The notes beneath the pieces are model-generated. The model made no database searches, was not told the DNA's origin, and saw only the letters and a list, made by a program, of their open reading frames with translations. Shown here piece by piece: positions 39,029 through 52,292 of a stretch of DNA of 64,000 nucleotides. Numbering within the stretch: the stretch's first letter is position 1; each line of letters begins with the position of its first letter. The position numbers were made by a program, and so were the translations under genes. This stretch comes from Paraspadella gotoi (taxonomy: Eukaryota; Animalia; Chaetognatha): the NCBI GenBank assembly GCA_051294375.1, contig CM119266.1, positions 5,907,431 through 5,971,430 of the forward strand. The letters run 5' to 3'.

Positions 39029-40934
39029 GAGAGAGAGAGAAGAGAAGAGAGAGACAGAAGAGAGAGAGAGAGATGAGAGGAGAGAGAGGAGAGATGGCGA
39101 GGAGAGAGAGAGAAGAGAGGAATCAATTTCTCGAAATAGAATTTAATTTCGGATGAATCCATGCTTTTTGTTTTTTTATTATCTGGCCAATTTATCGATT
39201 GAAAGCGACCTCAAACGTTCAGCGAAGGGAAACAAAAGAAAATGATTTAAACATTTTAATTTTAGTTTTAACTTTGTTAGATAAACGCATTTGGGTAAAA
39301 AGATCGAGCCCAAACTCCGCAAGTGAGAAAGAAATTATTACGTAAGAATCCAGACGAGTGAAATTTAAAAATGACGCATTTAAAAATAAATCCCAGGGGT
39401 CAAAATAAATCCCAGGGGTCAAAATAGTTTCGAACGATGAAATTTTCGATTTCGCGATTTTTTTACAATATAGGAAAGACTTTCTTTATTTTAGACAAGT
39501 TGTCAATTCTGCTGCATTAAATGCAAAAAAAATAGGCAAGATGTATATCTAAAACGTTAAAATTATTAATATTTAATAGACTTCTTGATTTTTACTCCCG
39601 TCCAAAAAAAAAAAAGCTCAAGGATGAATTTTTTTTGGACTACCTTGAATCGTTGGACTGTCTGACCTTCACCTATTTAAAATCGGCCATATTTTATGAA
39701 AGTGCCCCGTTTCAGCTTTAATACAGAATTAAGTGCTTAAAAATTGTCTAAGGGTTGAAGTTAAGGATTAAGTTTATGGATTAGGTTGAGGATTAGAGTT
39801 AAGGATTAGAGTTATGGCTTGGGATTAGGGTCAGGGATTAGAGTTAAGGAATCAAGCATAAGTGTTTGGGATTGTATTAAACATTTGGTATAAGATTAAG
39901 GATGATTAATAGGTTAAAATTAATTGAGGGGATAAATAACATTTGAAATTTGAAATCTTGCATAGACCTGCTATGTTATTATCTTTTAAGCATGATGGAG
40001 GCCTTAAACCACCAAAGCATCTTGTCAGCGGTAAGCTAGCATATTTATTAAATGAATGGATAATTGTTGTATTGGTTGTACCAATTTCATAAATGGAGCG
40101 CTTTTAGAAAACAGCGCCATAAAATATACTATATTCGCATCACTGACATACAAAATTCGTCCCGACCGAATTTTTGGACCTTTGAATCCGAAAAATTCTT
40201 TTTTCGATCTTCGATCACAAAAATACTTGATGCTCTTCCTCCCCTATCCCCCTACACCCCCTTCCCACTCTCCCCCTTCCCCCTCTTCCCACTCACCCCC
40301 CCTCTCCCCCTCTTCCCCCTTCCCCCCCAACAGCGTCAAATCAAAATCAATTCTTACTTTTCTTCTTTTTTATTTATATTTAAAAAAAAGAGATAAGATA
40401 ACAATTATTGATTAAGTAGAATACTCGACGTCTTCGGCGTCAAAGTACGAGACGTGAAATCTAGTACTGATAAAAAAAAAAAAAAAGAAGGTTAAATGCA
40501 GATTCTGTTACACAATTAGTAAGTGCAATAAAGTAGTACAGAGAAAAAGAAAATTGTTACCTATGGACAGTCAAATGTACACGATTGAGTCATGAAAATG
40601 AATGGACGAGGGTGAGAATCGTATAAAAAAAAGCTACGATTATATTAACTAATTATTGTCATCTGTTCTATTTTCCGTTTTCTACGATTGATAATGATAA
40701 TGATTATAATGATGATGATGATAATGATTATAATGATGATGCTGATGATGATATTGATCATGATGATGACCACGATAAAGACGATCAAGGTTATGATGAT
40801 GATGATCATAATGACGAAAAAAATTTAATGAAGTTTTATAAACAAACAAAATAATGCCACTAATATATTTAACTACAAAACCAAACAACTAATACACAAA
40901 ATTCTAACTTAAAACAACTAAAAAAACTTTTCCT

Positions 40935-41594
40935 CTAAACTTCGGTCGACGTCGACGTTTCAGAATTTTCTTTCTCGTTTCGACAAATCCAAAACAAATT
41001 CTCGTTTTTTCCGTTTTTTCTGTTTTTTCTCTCGAGAAGGAGTTTTATTTTGTTCCGTTTCGCGTTCGCCGAGTCTTCCTCGTTCTTCTCCATTTTGTTC
41101 GATTTCCCCGTCGACGTTTCCCTTTTATTCCATCTCCATTTGAGTCCGTTCTTCATCTTGTTTTGTTTGTTTTGTTTGTTTTTATTCGTTTTGAGCGTTT
41201 CGTCGTTGCCCTCGGCGATTCTCGACAGCGTCGTGGGCCACGAGGCGGATGTCTGCGGCGGCGGCGGCGGCGGCGACTGCTGCTGCTGCTCCGGATTCGC
41301 GTTTAAATCGTTGAAGACTTTCTTGAGGGTTTTGTATTCCTCCGGGGTCCTGAGTGACGAGATTAGCGTTAGTTGGTGGTTACAAGAGTTTAACTCTAGG
41401 AAATGAACTATAACAAATCTTCAGATGCTTGACACAATTTAAGATCAATGATAATTTTGTAAGTATATAAATGTTTTTAAAGGGCAACTATTTATGTAAC
41501 TCAATATAAACGCGTCGGAGGCATGACGCACCAGTGAGGCTTCGAATCTGGAGAGCCAACATGTGAAATGATCCATCCAGCATCAATGGGAAAC

Positions 41595-41678
<84 letters not shown>

Positions 41679-44501
41679 TAAGCTGTGCCCTCTCGACAAT
41701 CACCAGCATCAAAATCTAATAACAGCCTCGTCCAAAGCACAAGAGATAAATGCTTAATATGATTTGAAACTAAACTAAATCCCTCAATCTAATTTGCATA
41801 TTGTAATATTGAACGAATGGGTTATTTGCCTTCTCTTTTGTCGCCTTTTTAGAATTGAACTTTAATCGTCAACATTTCTTTTTATGGACATAATTTGATA
41901 TTAAGTTTGTTTTTTTAAACGATTGCCTCAATCTTAAAAACAAGCAGCCTTTCTCAGCACATCTCCATCCACAACGATTGCCTTCAAGTCTTAACAGCAG
42001 CCTTTCTCAGCACATCTCCACACCAACCCGCTTACCTCGACATCCACCACTTCTTCGCCGACACCCCCACCACCGCCCCAAAGACCAAGAGCGACCCGAC
42101 GATCGACTGCCACTTGATCCTCGACTCTTCGGCCGAATGCGGCCAAGTGTACTGGAGGAAGTAGGCGACGGGAATTTCGAAGGTGGCCACGACGGCGCAG
42201 ACGTTGGCGTCCTCGAGCTGAAGGGCCTGTCGAAGGGGGGGTTGGGTGGATAAGGGGTGAGGAAGACGGGGTAAGTCTTTGAAAGATCATTCGAGGGAAA
42301 ATAACGTAAGATGATGACGTAATGTCAACTTAAATTATGCAAATGAACCATAAAGATATTAAGTATTAAGGCGGGCCAAAATTGATCACTTTTTATCATT
42401 AGGAGTTCTGTAATATAATATTAAATGAATGGATAATTTTTATATTGGTTGTACCAATTTCATAAAATTAATTTGTCCATCATATCCTTAATCAATATTT
42501 ATTATCACTTTTTTTAATTTGAGAGAGAGAGAGAGAGACTATGACGAGTTTCATGTTAAAACGTTTGCTCTGTCTATAATTCATTTTGATTATCTGTAAC
42601 CCCTGCAGGACATGATCTTAAAAACCTTCTCGAGAATAAATACATTAGAATGCAATACGACATTGAGGTAAACCTAAATAAGCTAAGAGATCGTAAGATT
42701 AATTTAACATGACATTAAAAAAAAATGCTGTAATATGCAAATGATTTTTAATTATTTAATATAAATCTAAACTCTTATCATCGAGGAAACAGAAAAAATC
42801 AAAGTGATTTCATTTGGCCTTTGTCCTCATTGAGTTTAAAGAATAAACTTGAGACCACATTAAGATATGACAGACCTTTGCCATCAGATTTCCTTTGCCA
42901 TCAGCTTTCCTTTGCCATCAGCTTTCCTCTGCCATCCTCGCAATCAAACATAGACAGCAAATTTTCCTCTTCATCCCAAATCCCACCTTTGTCATCTCGC
43001 CTCACCTTCGTCAATCATAAAGTGCGAGGCGACTGTCATTATCCCGCAACAGATGGCGGCGGTGATGCTGGCGGGTGCGGCGTCGGGCAGCTCGAACTTG
43101 AAGTCTCCACGAAAGAGTTGGAAATATCCGTCGCAGATCATGAGGACGGGGACGAGGATGAAGAGACCGACCTGGGGAAGAGGGAGGGGGGCGTTTGGGG
43201 GGGAGTGAGTTGGAAAGAGAAGGAGATTAGAGGTGAGGTTGGAAAAGGTAAGGTTCTTGGACAGTTGTGAAAAAAAGGTAAGGATGGAAAAACGTCCATT
43301 TTAAAAATGAATGAAACTGTAGATGGGAGAAAAGATAAGAAGATTGGAAATGGTTGTAGGAAGGAAAAAAGACAATGGGAGTCAGAATTGAAATACGTTT
43401 AATTGCGATTAAAATGCAGATAAAAGTAGTCAAACAATGTAGACTATTAATGTAATGTATTTACTTTGCTAGTATTTTTTCTTGACAAAATACGTAAGTA
43501 ATAAAACAGTGGCAACGAAAGAAAGTGACGACTGACTTTTATAATGAAAAACCCTCACTAAATCTTCCCCTTCCCCTTACCATAGAATCTGTGAGCACCA
43601 TGACGGCAGAATCGTTCCTTGCAATTTCCTGGTGACCAGAAACCAGATGGAGAAGAGCAACGCGGACAGCAATGAAGACGCGATTCCGATGTAACTGTCG
43701 ACTGGACTCATTTCTGGAGAATCCTACGTTTGAGCCGATCGGGGAAGAAAACAAATATTATCGTCTCACTTATTTCAGTACTAATACACGGTTGAGCTTC
43801 ATTAAATTTATAACTATGTGTGATAGAATGATAACCAGTAATGAATTCAAATCTACAAATCTTAAACAATTTTTTCTTAACAATCAACCCATCGATTCTT
43901 CATCATCTAACCAATCAATTCACTTTCCATCTACCACCGCCATCTATCCTATCCTTCACCCAACCCCACCCACGTCCTACCCCCAACCCACCAAATCCTC
44001 CAAAGGCCCAAACCCACCCTCAATTCCTCCGCCGACTTCATCATCCACTGCGCGAAGATCGGATCGGAGGCGTTGATAAATCCCGCCGACCCCAACCGCT
44101 CGATCACGTGGACGATCCTGGAATACAAGAGCATCTTGTGACCGACTTCCGATCTCTTGACGGCCTCCTTGATGAAGGCGCTGCAGTTGACGAAGTTGTC
44201 GAGCCGCGTGACGCCGAATTCCGCGCATGCGTCCTCCATCATCTTGAGCAGATGATCCTCGGCAGCGGAAGGATTGAGGACGCCCCACTCCGTGCCGCCG
44301 AGGGGGGAGGTCTGGGGGAGGGAAGGATTGCGTGAAGGTTGTTGGGGTAGAAGTCTGGTTGCATCTCATTAAGTGACTTTTGGGTCGGTCAGTCTTTTTT
44401 GTTTTAATTTTAAACATTTATAATTCGGGTAATTCTATTTTATTTTAAGGAATAGTTAGTAAAAATCTCTCTCTCTCCCTCTTCTCTCTCTCTCTTCCTC
44501 T

Positions 44502-44555
<54 letters not shown>

Positions 44556-45112
44556 CTCTCTCCCTCTCGATTACTTACCCTAGAGTCTAAAGCGGAACGC
44601 CTGTTCAACTCTCTCTGTCCTTTGGCCGCGACCACTGGGCTGTTGTCAACTTGAAAGAGTCCAGAGTACATTTCTTTGTATTCCTCCATAGAGATGTTTC
44701 GCCGCACTTCTGCCAGGAGGAGCTGGTGCGGCGCCAGCACTATTTCCGGCGCGCCGAAGAGAGATTCCGGCGCCGCGATGAAGATGACGCCGAAAACTGC
44801 CGAAGCCGTTAGGAAGACCTCGATGACGCCGCCAGGTTCCTGTAAGAGGAATAATGATTCAACAAAATTTGATGAAATAAGTAAACTTTAACTTTAATTT
44901 TTCACTTTTAAAGATAAAACTCTTTAAGCCTCCATAGAAACTAAACATTTTTTAAAACTTTAAAATACTATATTTTCTAGGTAAACAAATCAATTCAAAC
45001 AAAATAGAACTACAACGCTTCACATTACATTACATTTACATTACATTACTTCCTGCAAGTGCTGTCTCTCCTTTTTCTTTTCTCTCTTCTTTCTCTCAGT
45101 TCACTCACACTT

Positions 45113-45144
<32 letters not shown>

Positions 45145-45890
45145 CTCTCTCCACCCCTACCTTAAGCACCATCCAAGCCAAGATGGTCACGAAGATGGTA
45201 GAGGAAGCATAAACGGCCGTGACGTCTCCCATCTGTCCGTGCTTGTAAGCGAAGGAAGTGGCGAAGAGCGACCCCGCAGCCGCCACACCCTGGAACGAGC
45301 GATCAAACAACGAGATGAATCAATCTGTATTTCTTTATTTTCTCAGGCAATGAGATCATGTTGGTTAAATGAAATTTGCAATTGTACTTTTGTCAAAGAC
45401 AATAGCGCGATCAGCTCAAAATCCGTTGATCAAAATTTTTAGAACTAAAGATTTACCAGCGAGCATTACTTTTTTTGGAGTGACTCATCCAAAGAAGCAC
45501 GTCATCCTCCAACCCAACGGTCAAAGGGAAAGAACCGGACCAATATTACACTTCTACTTTAAACTATGCTATTTCCTTTGCTCCCTTCCACACCCCATGC
45601 CCCTTTCCCTTCCCCCTTCCCCCTCACCTTCGCCCCTAAAAGAAATGTGGCGAATCTATTCTTCCCTCTCACAGCGAGGCGCCCCTTTATAACCAAAACC
45701 AACATGGCGGCGCCCTGAAAAGTCAAACAGATTCCCGACATCCAGATAAAGTCGAAATCTTTGGCGACTTTGACGAGATAAGATTTGATGGCGTAAACGA
45801 CGCATGCGGCCAAAGCGAAGAAGATTCCCATGAAGTTCTTGGGATTTTTGGGGAGACAAGGGCAGCCGCGGACCTGTGTGTGTGTGTGAG

Positions 45891-45922
<32 letters not shown>

Positions 45923-47247
45923 GAGTCAAGTTTAAAACAAGCAAACGGCGATTTCCAAGCAGTTGCGCCGATTTGACTGATCATTTGTTTTTTTACGAGC
46001 CTCGCTTCGAAACTCATTTGCATATTAAATAAATAAATCCATCTCTCTCTTTAACCTCGTCCAACGCATCGATCCTAATGACCGCCTCCGGAATGGCCGT
46101 CTCCGGATCCCAACTTCCCGTCCACGAATTCCTCGCGGGAATCGACGCCGCCGACGCCGCCACCCGACGCGATCTCTCCGACTGGCACATGGCTGCCGAT
46201 TCCGAGATGCCGCGGCGTCGTCGGCCCAGCTGCGGCTGCGGTCTCCTCTGCTGCTGATACCGCTGTTGCTGCCGCGTCGGAAGCGGCGACAGCTGCGCCT
46301 CGATCAGTCGACGAACTTCAGGCGGCGGCGGCGACGACGCTCTTCCTGCGGCGAGATGCTGCAGCGTCAGACGCCGTTCCCGTCCCATCTTGTCCACGAG
46401 TTCGCGGCCGACGATGGCGCCGCTTCGGTCTCGCGCCACAAGGACGGAGACGGTCCTCGTGCGGGCGCGAGGGCGTGGACCGGAAGTGGAGGCGCAGCGG
46501 TGAACCCGTTGTGCTGCGTCGTCGGGGGCGGAGGCGGCGGCAGCATCGTCCAAAGTCTTGGGTGGCGTTTCGGTGATTGTGACGTGCTTGGCGGCGGTCG
46601 GGGTTTGCTTGGTAGCAGAGGAAATTTGCTTGGCGTCGTTGATCGATTGTTCGGCTTCTTCGTCGATGACGCCAGGAAGGGCGGGACCGGATGTGGGCGT
46701 GGCCTTGGTGTAGAGAAAGTCTTTTGTGGAATCGATTTCGGGGAGAGAGTGGGACGATGGAGAGAGAGGGAGAGAGGGAGAGGATAGGAGAGAGGGAGAG
46801 GGAGTGGATAGGAGAGAGGGAGAGGGAGAGGATAGGGGAGAGGGAGAGGATAGGAGAGAGGAGAGGATAAAGAGGAGGGAGAGAGGGAGAGGATAGGAGA
46901 GAGGGAGTGGATAGAGGAGGGCGAGGAGATGAGAATAGGAGGTTAGATGTGTCGGATGGGATAGAGGGTCGGGATGCGGGAGGAAGAGGAGGAGGAGGAA
47001 GATTCCGTGAGTAAGCGTGGGTAAGAAGAAGAGGAGGAGACGTCATTGTGGGCAAAGACGTCGTTGTGGGAAAAGACGTCGTTGTGGGCGCGTTCGACGT
47101 CAACGTGGAAGGTTTCGTCGTTGTGGGCGCGGCAGGAGGTGATGTGCTCTGGTGAGAAGGTAAGTTCTTCGCGTGAGGAAACGACGTGACTCCGATTCTT
47201 CGTCGAGAATCGAATTTCGAGGAAAGTGAAGAATCGTGAGAATCCAT
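40935..47247 (-). CDS. SLC35G-like EamA/DMT-family membrane transporter, multi-exon (coding exons approx. 47247-46056, 45873-45628, 45289-45161, 44839-44579, 44311-44018, 43723-43581, 43171-43006, 42226-42036, 41349-40935)
   Basis: GT-AG bounded exons give 'FMGIFFALAACVVYAIKSYLVKV', 'GDVTAVYASSTIFVTILAWMVLK|EPGGVIEVFLTASAVFGVIFIAAPESLFG', 'YIGIASSLLSALLFSIWFLVTRKL' and 'K|ALQLEDANVCAVVATFEIPVAYFLQY...WQSIVGSLLVFGAVVGVSAKKW', matching the two-EamA-repeat pattern of SLC35G1/G2. Splice phases are consistent apart from single-base frameshifts near 43615 and 43015 and one in the CT tract at 46750-46900. Confidence 0.8.
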
Positions 47248-49824
47248 TTTCGTTATGATCTGTGAATCTTTTTGTTCGAATTCTGTGGAGGAAAATATAT
47301 ATTTTTTTTTTTGTTTCTTAACGTAAACAATTTATTTATTCTTTTAGTTTTGAACTTTTAGTCCAAATTCTTCGCTAATCATTTTGTTTTCTTTCTCGAT
47401 TTAACAAAATTTTCCGCTTTTAACGAACTTTTTTTTCCAACATATGCTTTCGTTTATGATTCTACTTCAAGGCACTTTTGCGGTTCGTCAAATCCATGCT
47501 TTTCGGTTCACATTTTATTTTTTTAATACTTTGTTTTATTTTTAAAGCTGATATAAAATTTATACATAAAATAAGTTCTTCCTCTTTCCGAAAAAAAAGT
47601 TTCCAAGTTTCACTTTAACGAAATTTCCCCCCAAAATAAATTCGTAATTTTTTTGTTTTTCTGCTTTTTTCACGATCGTTAATGAAATTCTTCGCCAAAA
47701 TCAATTTTTTTAAATAATTGTTCTTTTTTTTTTCGTTTGTGCACCGAGATGTCCTCTCTGTGGAAAAAAAATTACACAGAAAAAAATGCAAAAAATGTTA
47801 TTTAAAATAAAAAATACTTAGTAGATTTAAAAAAGGGAAAGAAAATATAATTTTTTTTTTTAGTTTTAGAGAAAAATAAGAGATTTGGCTACGAAATAAA
47901 AAAGAAAGAGTAATTACGTGAAATTGATACAAATTGAAAACGAAAAACGGATTTTTTTAAAAAACAAGAAAAACTTCGATTCCATTTTCTTCGACGCCTT
48001 TTTTCATTTTTGGCCCCGAAAAGTTTCGTCGTCGTCGTCGTCGTCGTTCGCATCGTCGTCGTCGTCGTCATCGACTTATCCGTCAATTTTTAAGGATAAG
48101 CGATGTCTAGTCTCAAAATCAAAATTTAATGACTTAATAATAATATGATTTTAAAAAACTATACTATTTTGACAAACAAACAATGACTTTTAAATTAATG
48201 AATAATATGCTCTAAAAACTACACTATTTTGACAAAAACTTTCAAAAACTATCAAAATTTTTTTTATTAATAAGTAATAACAAAAACGATATTAACCTAA
48301 TCGAATACAAAAGACAGTGACAATAACAATAATAGTCTAAAAAGACTGGAACCCGGTAAGCAAATAAAAACAATACTAATATAAAACAATATAACCAATG
48401 ATACTAAAATCATAACTTTTATCATTACTAAAATATTAAAAACCACTTCATAAAAAAATGTAAAAAAAAGGCAATAACAATTCAAAATAAACTTTTATAC
48501 TTTTCCTAAATATTTGTATTTAATTTCCCTAAAACGCCCAAAACACTTACTCAACAATACTAAATTCAGCTACAAATTTAAATCAACATCCGATTCTACA
48601 TGTTTATTAATTGATATTAAAAAGAATGAAATAAAATGCGAATTAGTTTAAGGTTTCATCAACATCAACAGTGGAAGAGTGCAAAGCTTTTCAAGTTAAA
48701 CTCGTTCAACTCTCATAGACGAAGTTTCAAAGTCCAAAACATTGTTCATAGTCTTATCTAACACCTAATTCGGTACAAAGCTTTTATGTACTTATTCTTA
48801 ATATTTATAGTAAGTATTATTAGTGGTTATAGTGGTTATAATCGTGTAAAACAACCTTCGCCAAGTAATTAGGCATTTTTTATGTAAATATTTCTTGTCT
48901 AATTCTATGAGAACTTTAAAAGAATGCTCGGACTTATAATCTATTAATGCCATCGCACAGATAATCTCCAAATTTTTCATATCTCCGACCGTGTCCCAAA
49001 TTTGAACCTCTTTTTATTAGTCACTGAATCGAACCCTGAACGTTCTTGTCCAAAGGTTAATCTTTTCTTAACATTAAACCTAACGCTCTTCAGGTTAATT
49101 GTGTTTTTGATAAAACCCTGGTGGCTCATTGATTAACTACTTTATTTTTGATTTAAACTTTGCTCCGGCCTTGGTACAAAGATGTATATCAAACGCGGTA
49201 CAAAGATTATCTTTTAAAAGAATAATGTCTGTAACGTCCGAAGATTAATGTCTGTCCCTACGAGGCTTGAATTGTCTATCCGTCAGAGGTCACTGTCTTC
49301 TTTAAAGCGAATTGATGGTCTAGAGGTCGGAGATGTGAATATTTGGCTAACGTGACATTTCACGTCTTCGCCAAACGGAATCTCAAGAATGTTCACTTTT
49401 CTTGTTATATTTAATTCCTGTTTTGCTTTAAAAAAGTAGAAAAGGTTGTCCGATCACTTGAGAATAAATTATCAGATTTCAAAACGCCTCCTGTTGACCC
49501 AGAATTTAGTTCCCTCATTGGATGACCCAGAAAAACAAATAATTTTGTTTTTTTTACATAAACGTTTTTTTCTTGTCTTTAATTACATTTTGCTGACTGG
49601 GATTTAAGGACTTTTGGACTAGTGGTCCCCGTGGTTGAATCTGGACGTGGATCATTTGAGTGCGGTTAGCCCGAATGTTGTAGTCCTGACTTAGGGTCCT
49701 TGCCCACAGCCAAAGAATATTTTATAAGTTAAATTTTGACATGTTTGTTAATTTATAAATTAAAATTGCTTTGTTAGCAACGAGAGCAGACACAAAGACA
49801 AAAGGCTCCAAAATATATCTAATA

Positions 49825-50617
49825 CACGGATTTCAAATGGGAGTGTAATGAAAAGATCAAACTGCAGCTAAATTATTAATTATAGCGACTTCAAATTTTG
49901 CACCCTGGTAAAAATATTGCTGACGTTTTTTTATTAGTGCAGATGGCTTACTTTCTTAGTTATGTGCTTATCAATGGCATGATTGAATTTCCACAAAGGA
50001 AGTATTTTTGCATTTGAATAGCACTTTACTGTTGTAAGATATATTTTTATGCAAAAAAAAATGTTAAAAAATCTTACAAATATAAATTTTAAAGTATGTG
50101 TCTGAGAAATCAGAATCTCAAAAACTTTTTCACGGCCACGATGTCAATGACAGTCCTTTCTATTTTATAGTTTTTCTTAGTTAAAACTTATAGAAAATAA
50201 AAATTTCAGATTTGAAAAAAAACTGAAAAAGAAGAATGATCTGGCAAGAGCTTGTTAGCTTGTTAGCTTGTTAGCTTGTTAGCTCACTAAAACTTGAAAT
50301 ATATGAATTAATTTTTTTTCATTCTCCCAAGACATTATACTAAATAATGAATGTAAAAGAAATAATAATATTCGTCTAAATTTTTTTCACAATGAGTTTG
50401 AATATGAATTATCAAATAAGAGGGGGAAAAATTCTGCAAAGAAAGCTGCTGGAAAGCAAGTTGTTATGATGTAAAGTGTTTTCAATTTGTTATATGGGTA
50501 TATAAACCTCAGGGAATTTTTTAACAAATGAAATTATCAAATATCAAATATCAATCGTATTGAGTCCGTTAAGAGTAATAACAAATCTTTTCATTTCACT
50601 CCGATTTGAAATCCGTG
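49825..50617. mobile_element. Non-autonomous TIR element (MITE), Tc1/mariner-like
   Basis: ~33-bp TIRs CACGGATTTCAAATGGGAGTGTAATGAAAAGAT and ATCTTTTCATTTCACTCCGATTTGAAATCCGTG (2 mismatches), flanked by TA on both sides, with no ORF. Confidence 0.75.
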
Positions 50618-51442
50618 TATATCAAAAGCTATAATTCTCAAAGGTACAAATTTGGAAAGACAAGTTTCAAATACTGTTTCAATTGTATAATGAGTTAATT
50701 AGTTAATTCCAAATTAAAGGAAATAACTTCAGAGATCTTGCTTGGTAAAAAAAGCTTGTAGAAAACCGTCTAGAGACATGCCTCGCTTGGCCGAAAAAAA
50801 AAGAAGTTTAAAATCCGAACTTTCGAAATTTTCACGCGACCTTCACCTCCCTTTCGCTTTCAGTCGGGATTCCCCGATTTTCTCTTTTTTTCTCATCGAT
50901 GCTTCGTTCAAACAGAAACGGATTGATCATGTAGCTTGTCTCGCTTGTATTGGCATTGTAAAATGACAATTTAATTTTTACAATCTTAAAAATCGCGTAG
51001 TCATTGTTAAATTTGCTCTTTAAAAGGATGAAAATGTACACTTGACACGGGTAACTTGGTAAAAGTTTTTAGCTGACGAAAGTATCGAAGCAAGCCAAGT
51101 CGGCTTAAGCTACATATTTAAGAGTTGAAAACTAATAACATTAGAAAAGTAAGAAATAGGATGCAAGGTTTTTAGACATAATCAACAATAATTAATAATT
51201 AATATTTCATAATTAATAATTATCTCTTCGACTTCAAAATATACTGTAAGGATGCTATTGTTTTAGAAGAATTGTAAAGTGGAGGCGAAATTTTTTTTCT
51301 GAACTGGAGCTGCATCCAAGTAAAAGTTGTATTTTTCAGAAAAAAAAAATTATTTCTTCATTATTTTTTTTTATTTTGTTCCATCTTACTTTCCCTTTTC
51401 GCAGCTCAGCTGAGTTGCCCATCTTATATAAAATCCGGTCGG

Positions 51443-51483
<41 letters not shown>

Positions 51484-51731
51484 CTCCATCTCCGTCTCCA
51501 AAAATTGTAACATGTCCAGCTTAAATTCATCGTTATTCTCTCCTGGAAAATCAGGTTTCTGTCCATTAAATGGGATTTTCCAGAAAACAGATGATCTTCG
51601 CTTCTTCTTTTTATTTTCCATATCTCCTTCTTTCGCCCTTAACATTCTTCCTCTCCTTCCTTCTCCTTCTTCCTTCTCCTTCTTTCTTCCACTTTCCATC
51701 AGTCTGAGTCTCAACCGGCGACAGGAGAAAA

Positions 51732-52292
51732 AAACAAGTTCGAGCAAACAATGCCGGATCTGCCCACGATCATTAGCGATCAGATAATTAATTAATTAAA
51801 TTAATTATTAATTAATATTTTTTTTTAATTCACGTCAAAATCGTTTTGAACTTTGTCTCGCCTCTCAATCACAAAACAACAATCTCGATCACAACATTAA
51901 TTAATAAATATATTTATTACAAAATAATTAATTCCAATTTGATCAATAATTAATTAAGGCAGCTAGTATTTACAGTTAATATAAAAAAGAGCATAATCAA
52001 ATAGTGAAATAGATTTTTTGGTTTTTTTCATTTTAACTCATTTCCACATGGACGATTCCATCGAAACTTGATTTCCAGCTCAATCACAGACTTTCCTACC
52101 CACATTCGAAATTTCAAGACAATCGCCCTATTCACTAATGAGTAATTGGCTTTCAAAGCTAAGGGGGGACGGACGGACATAATATTCTGACATGATCTAA
52201 GTGTCTTACCGTCAAGATTTCGGGGTGGGACCGACGGACCGACAAAGTGGATTATAGAGCCGGAATCTGCTGTAAGCAGATTCGGCTAAAAA
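51732..52292 (+). mobile_element. DINE-1/HINE-like non-autonomous Helentron
   Basis: Starts AAACAAG. Subterminal GCCGGATCTGC (51753) is complementary to the terminal hairpin AGCCGGAATCTGC-tgtaa-GCAGATTCGGCT (52258-52287), which is followed by an A run. Contains a GGAC microsatellite. Confidence 0.65.
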
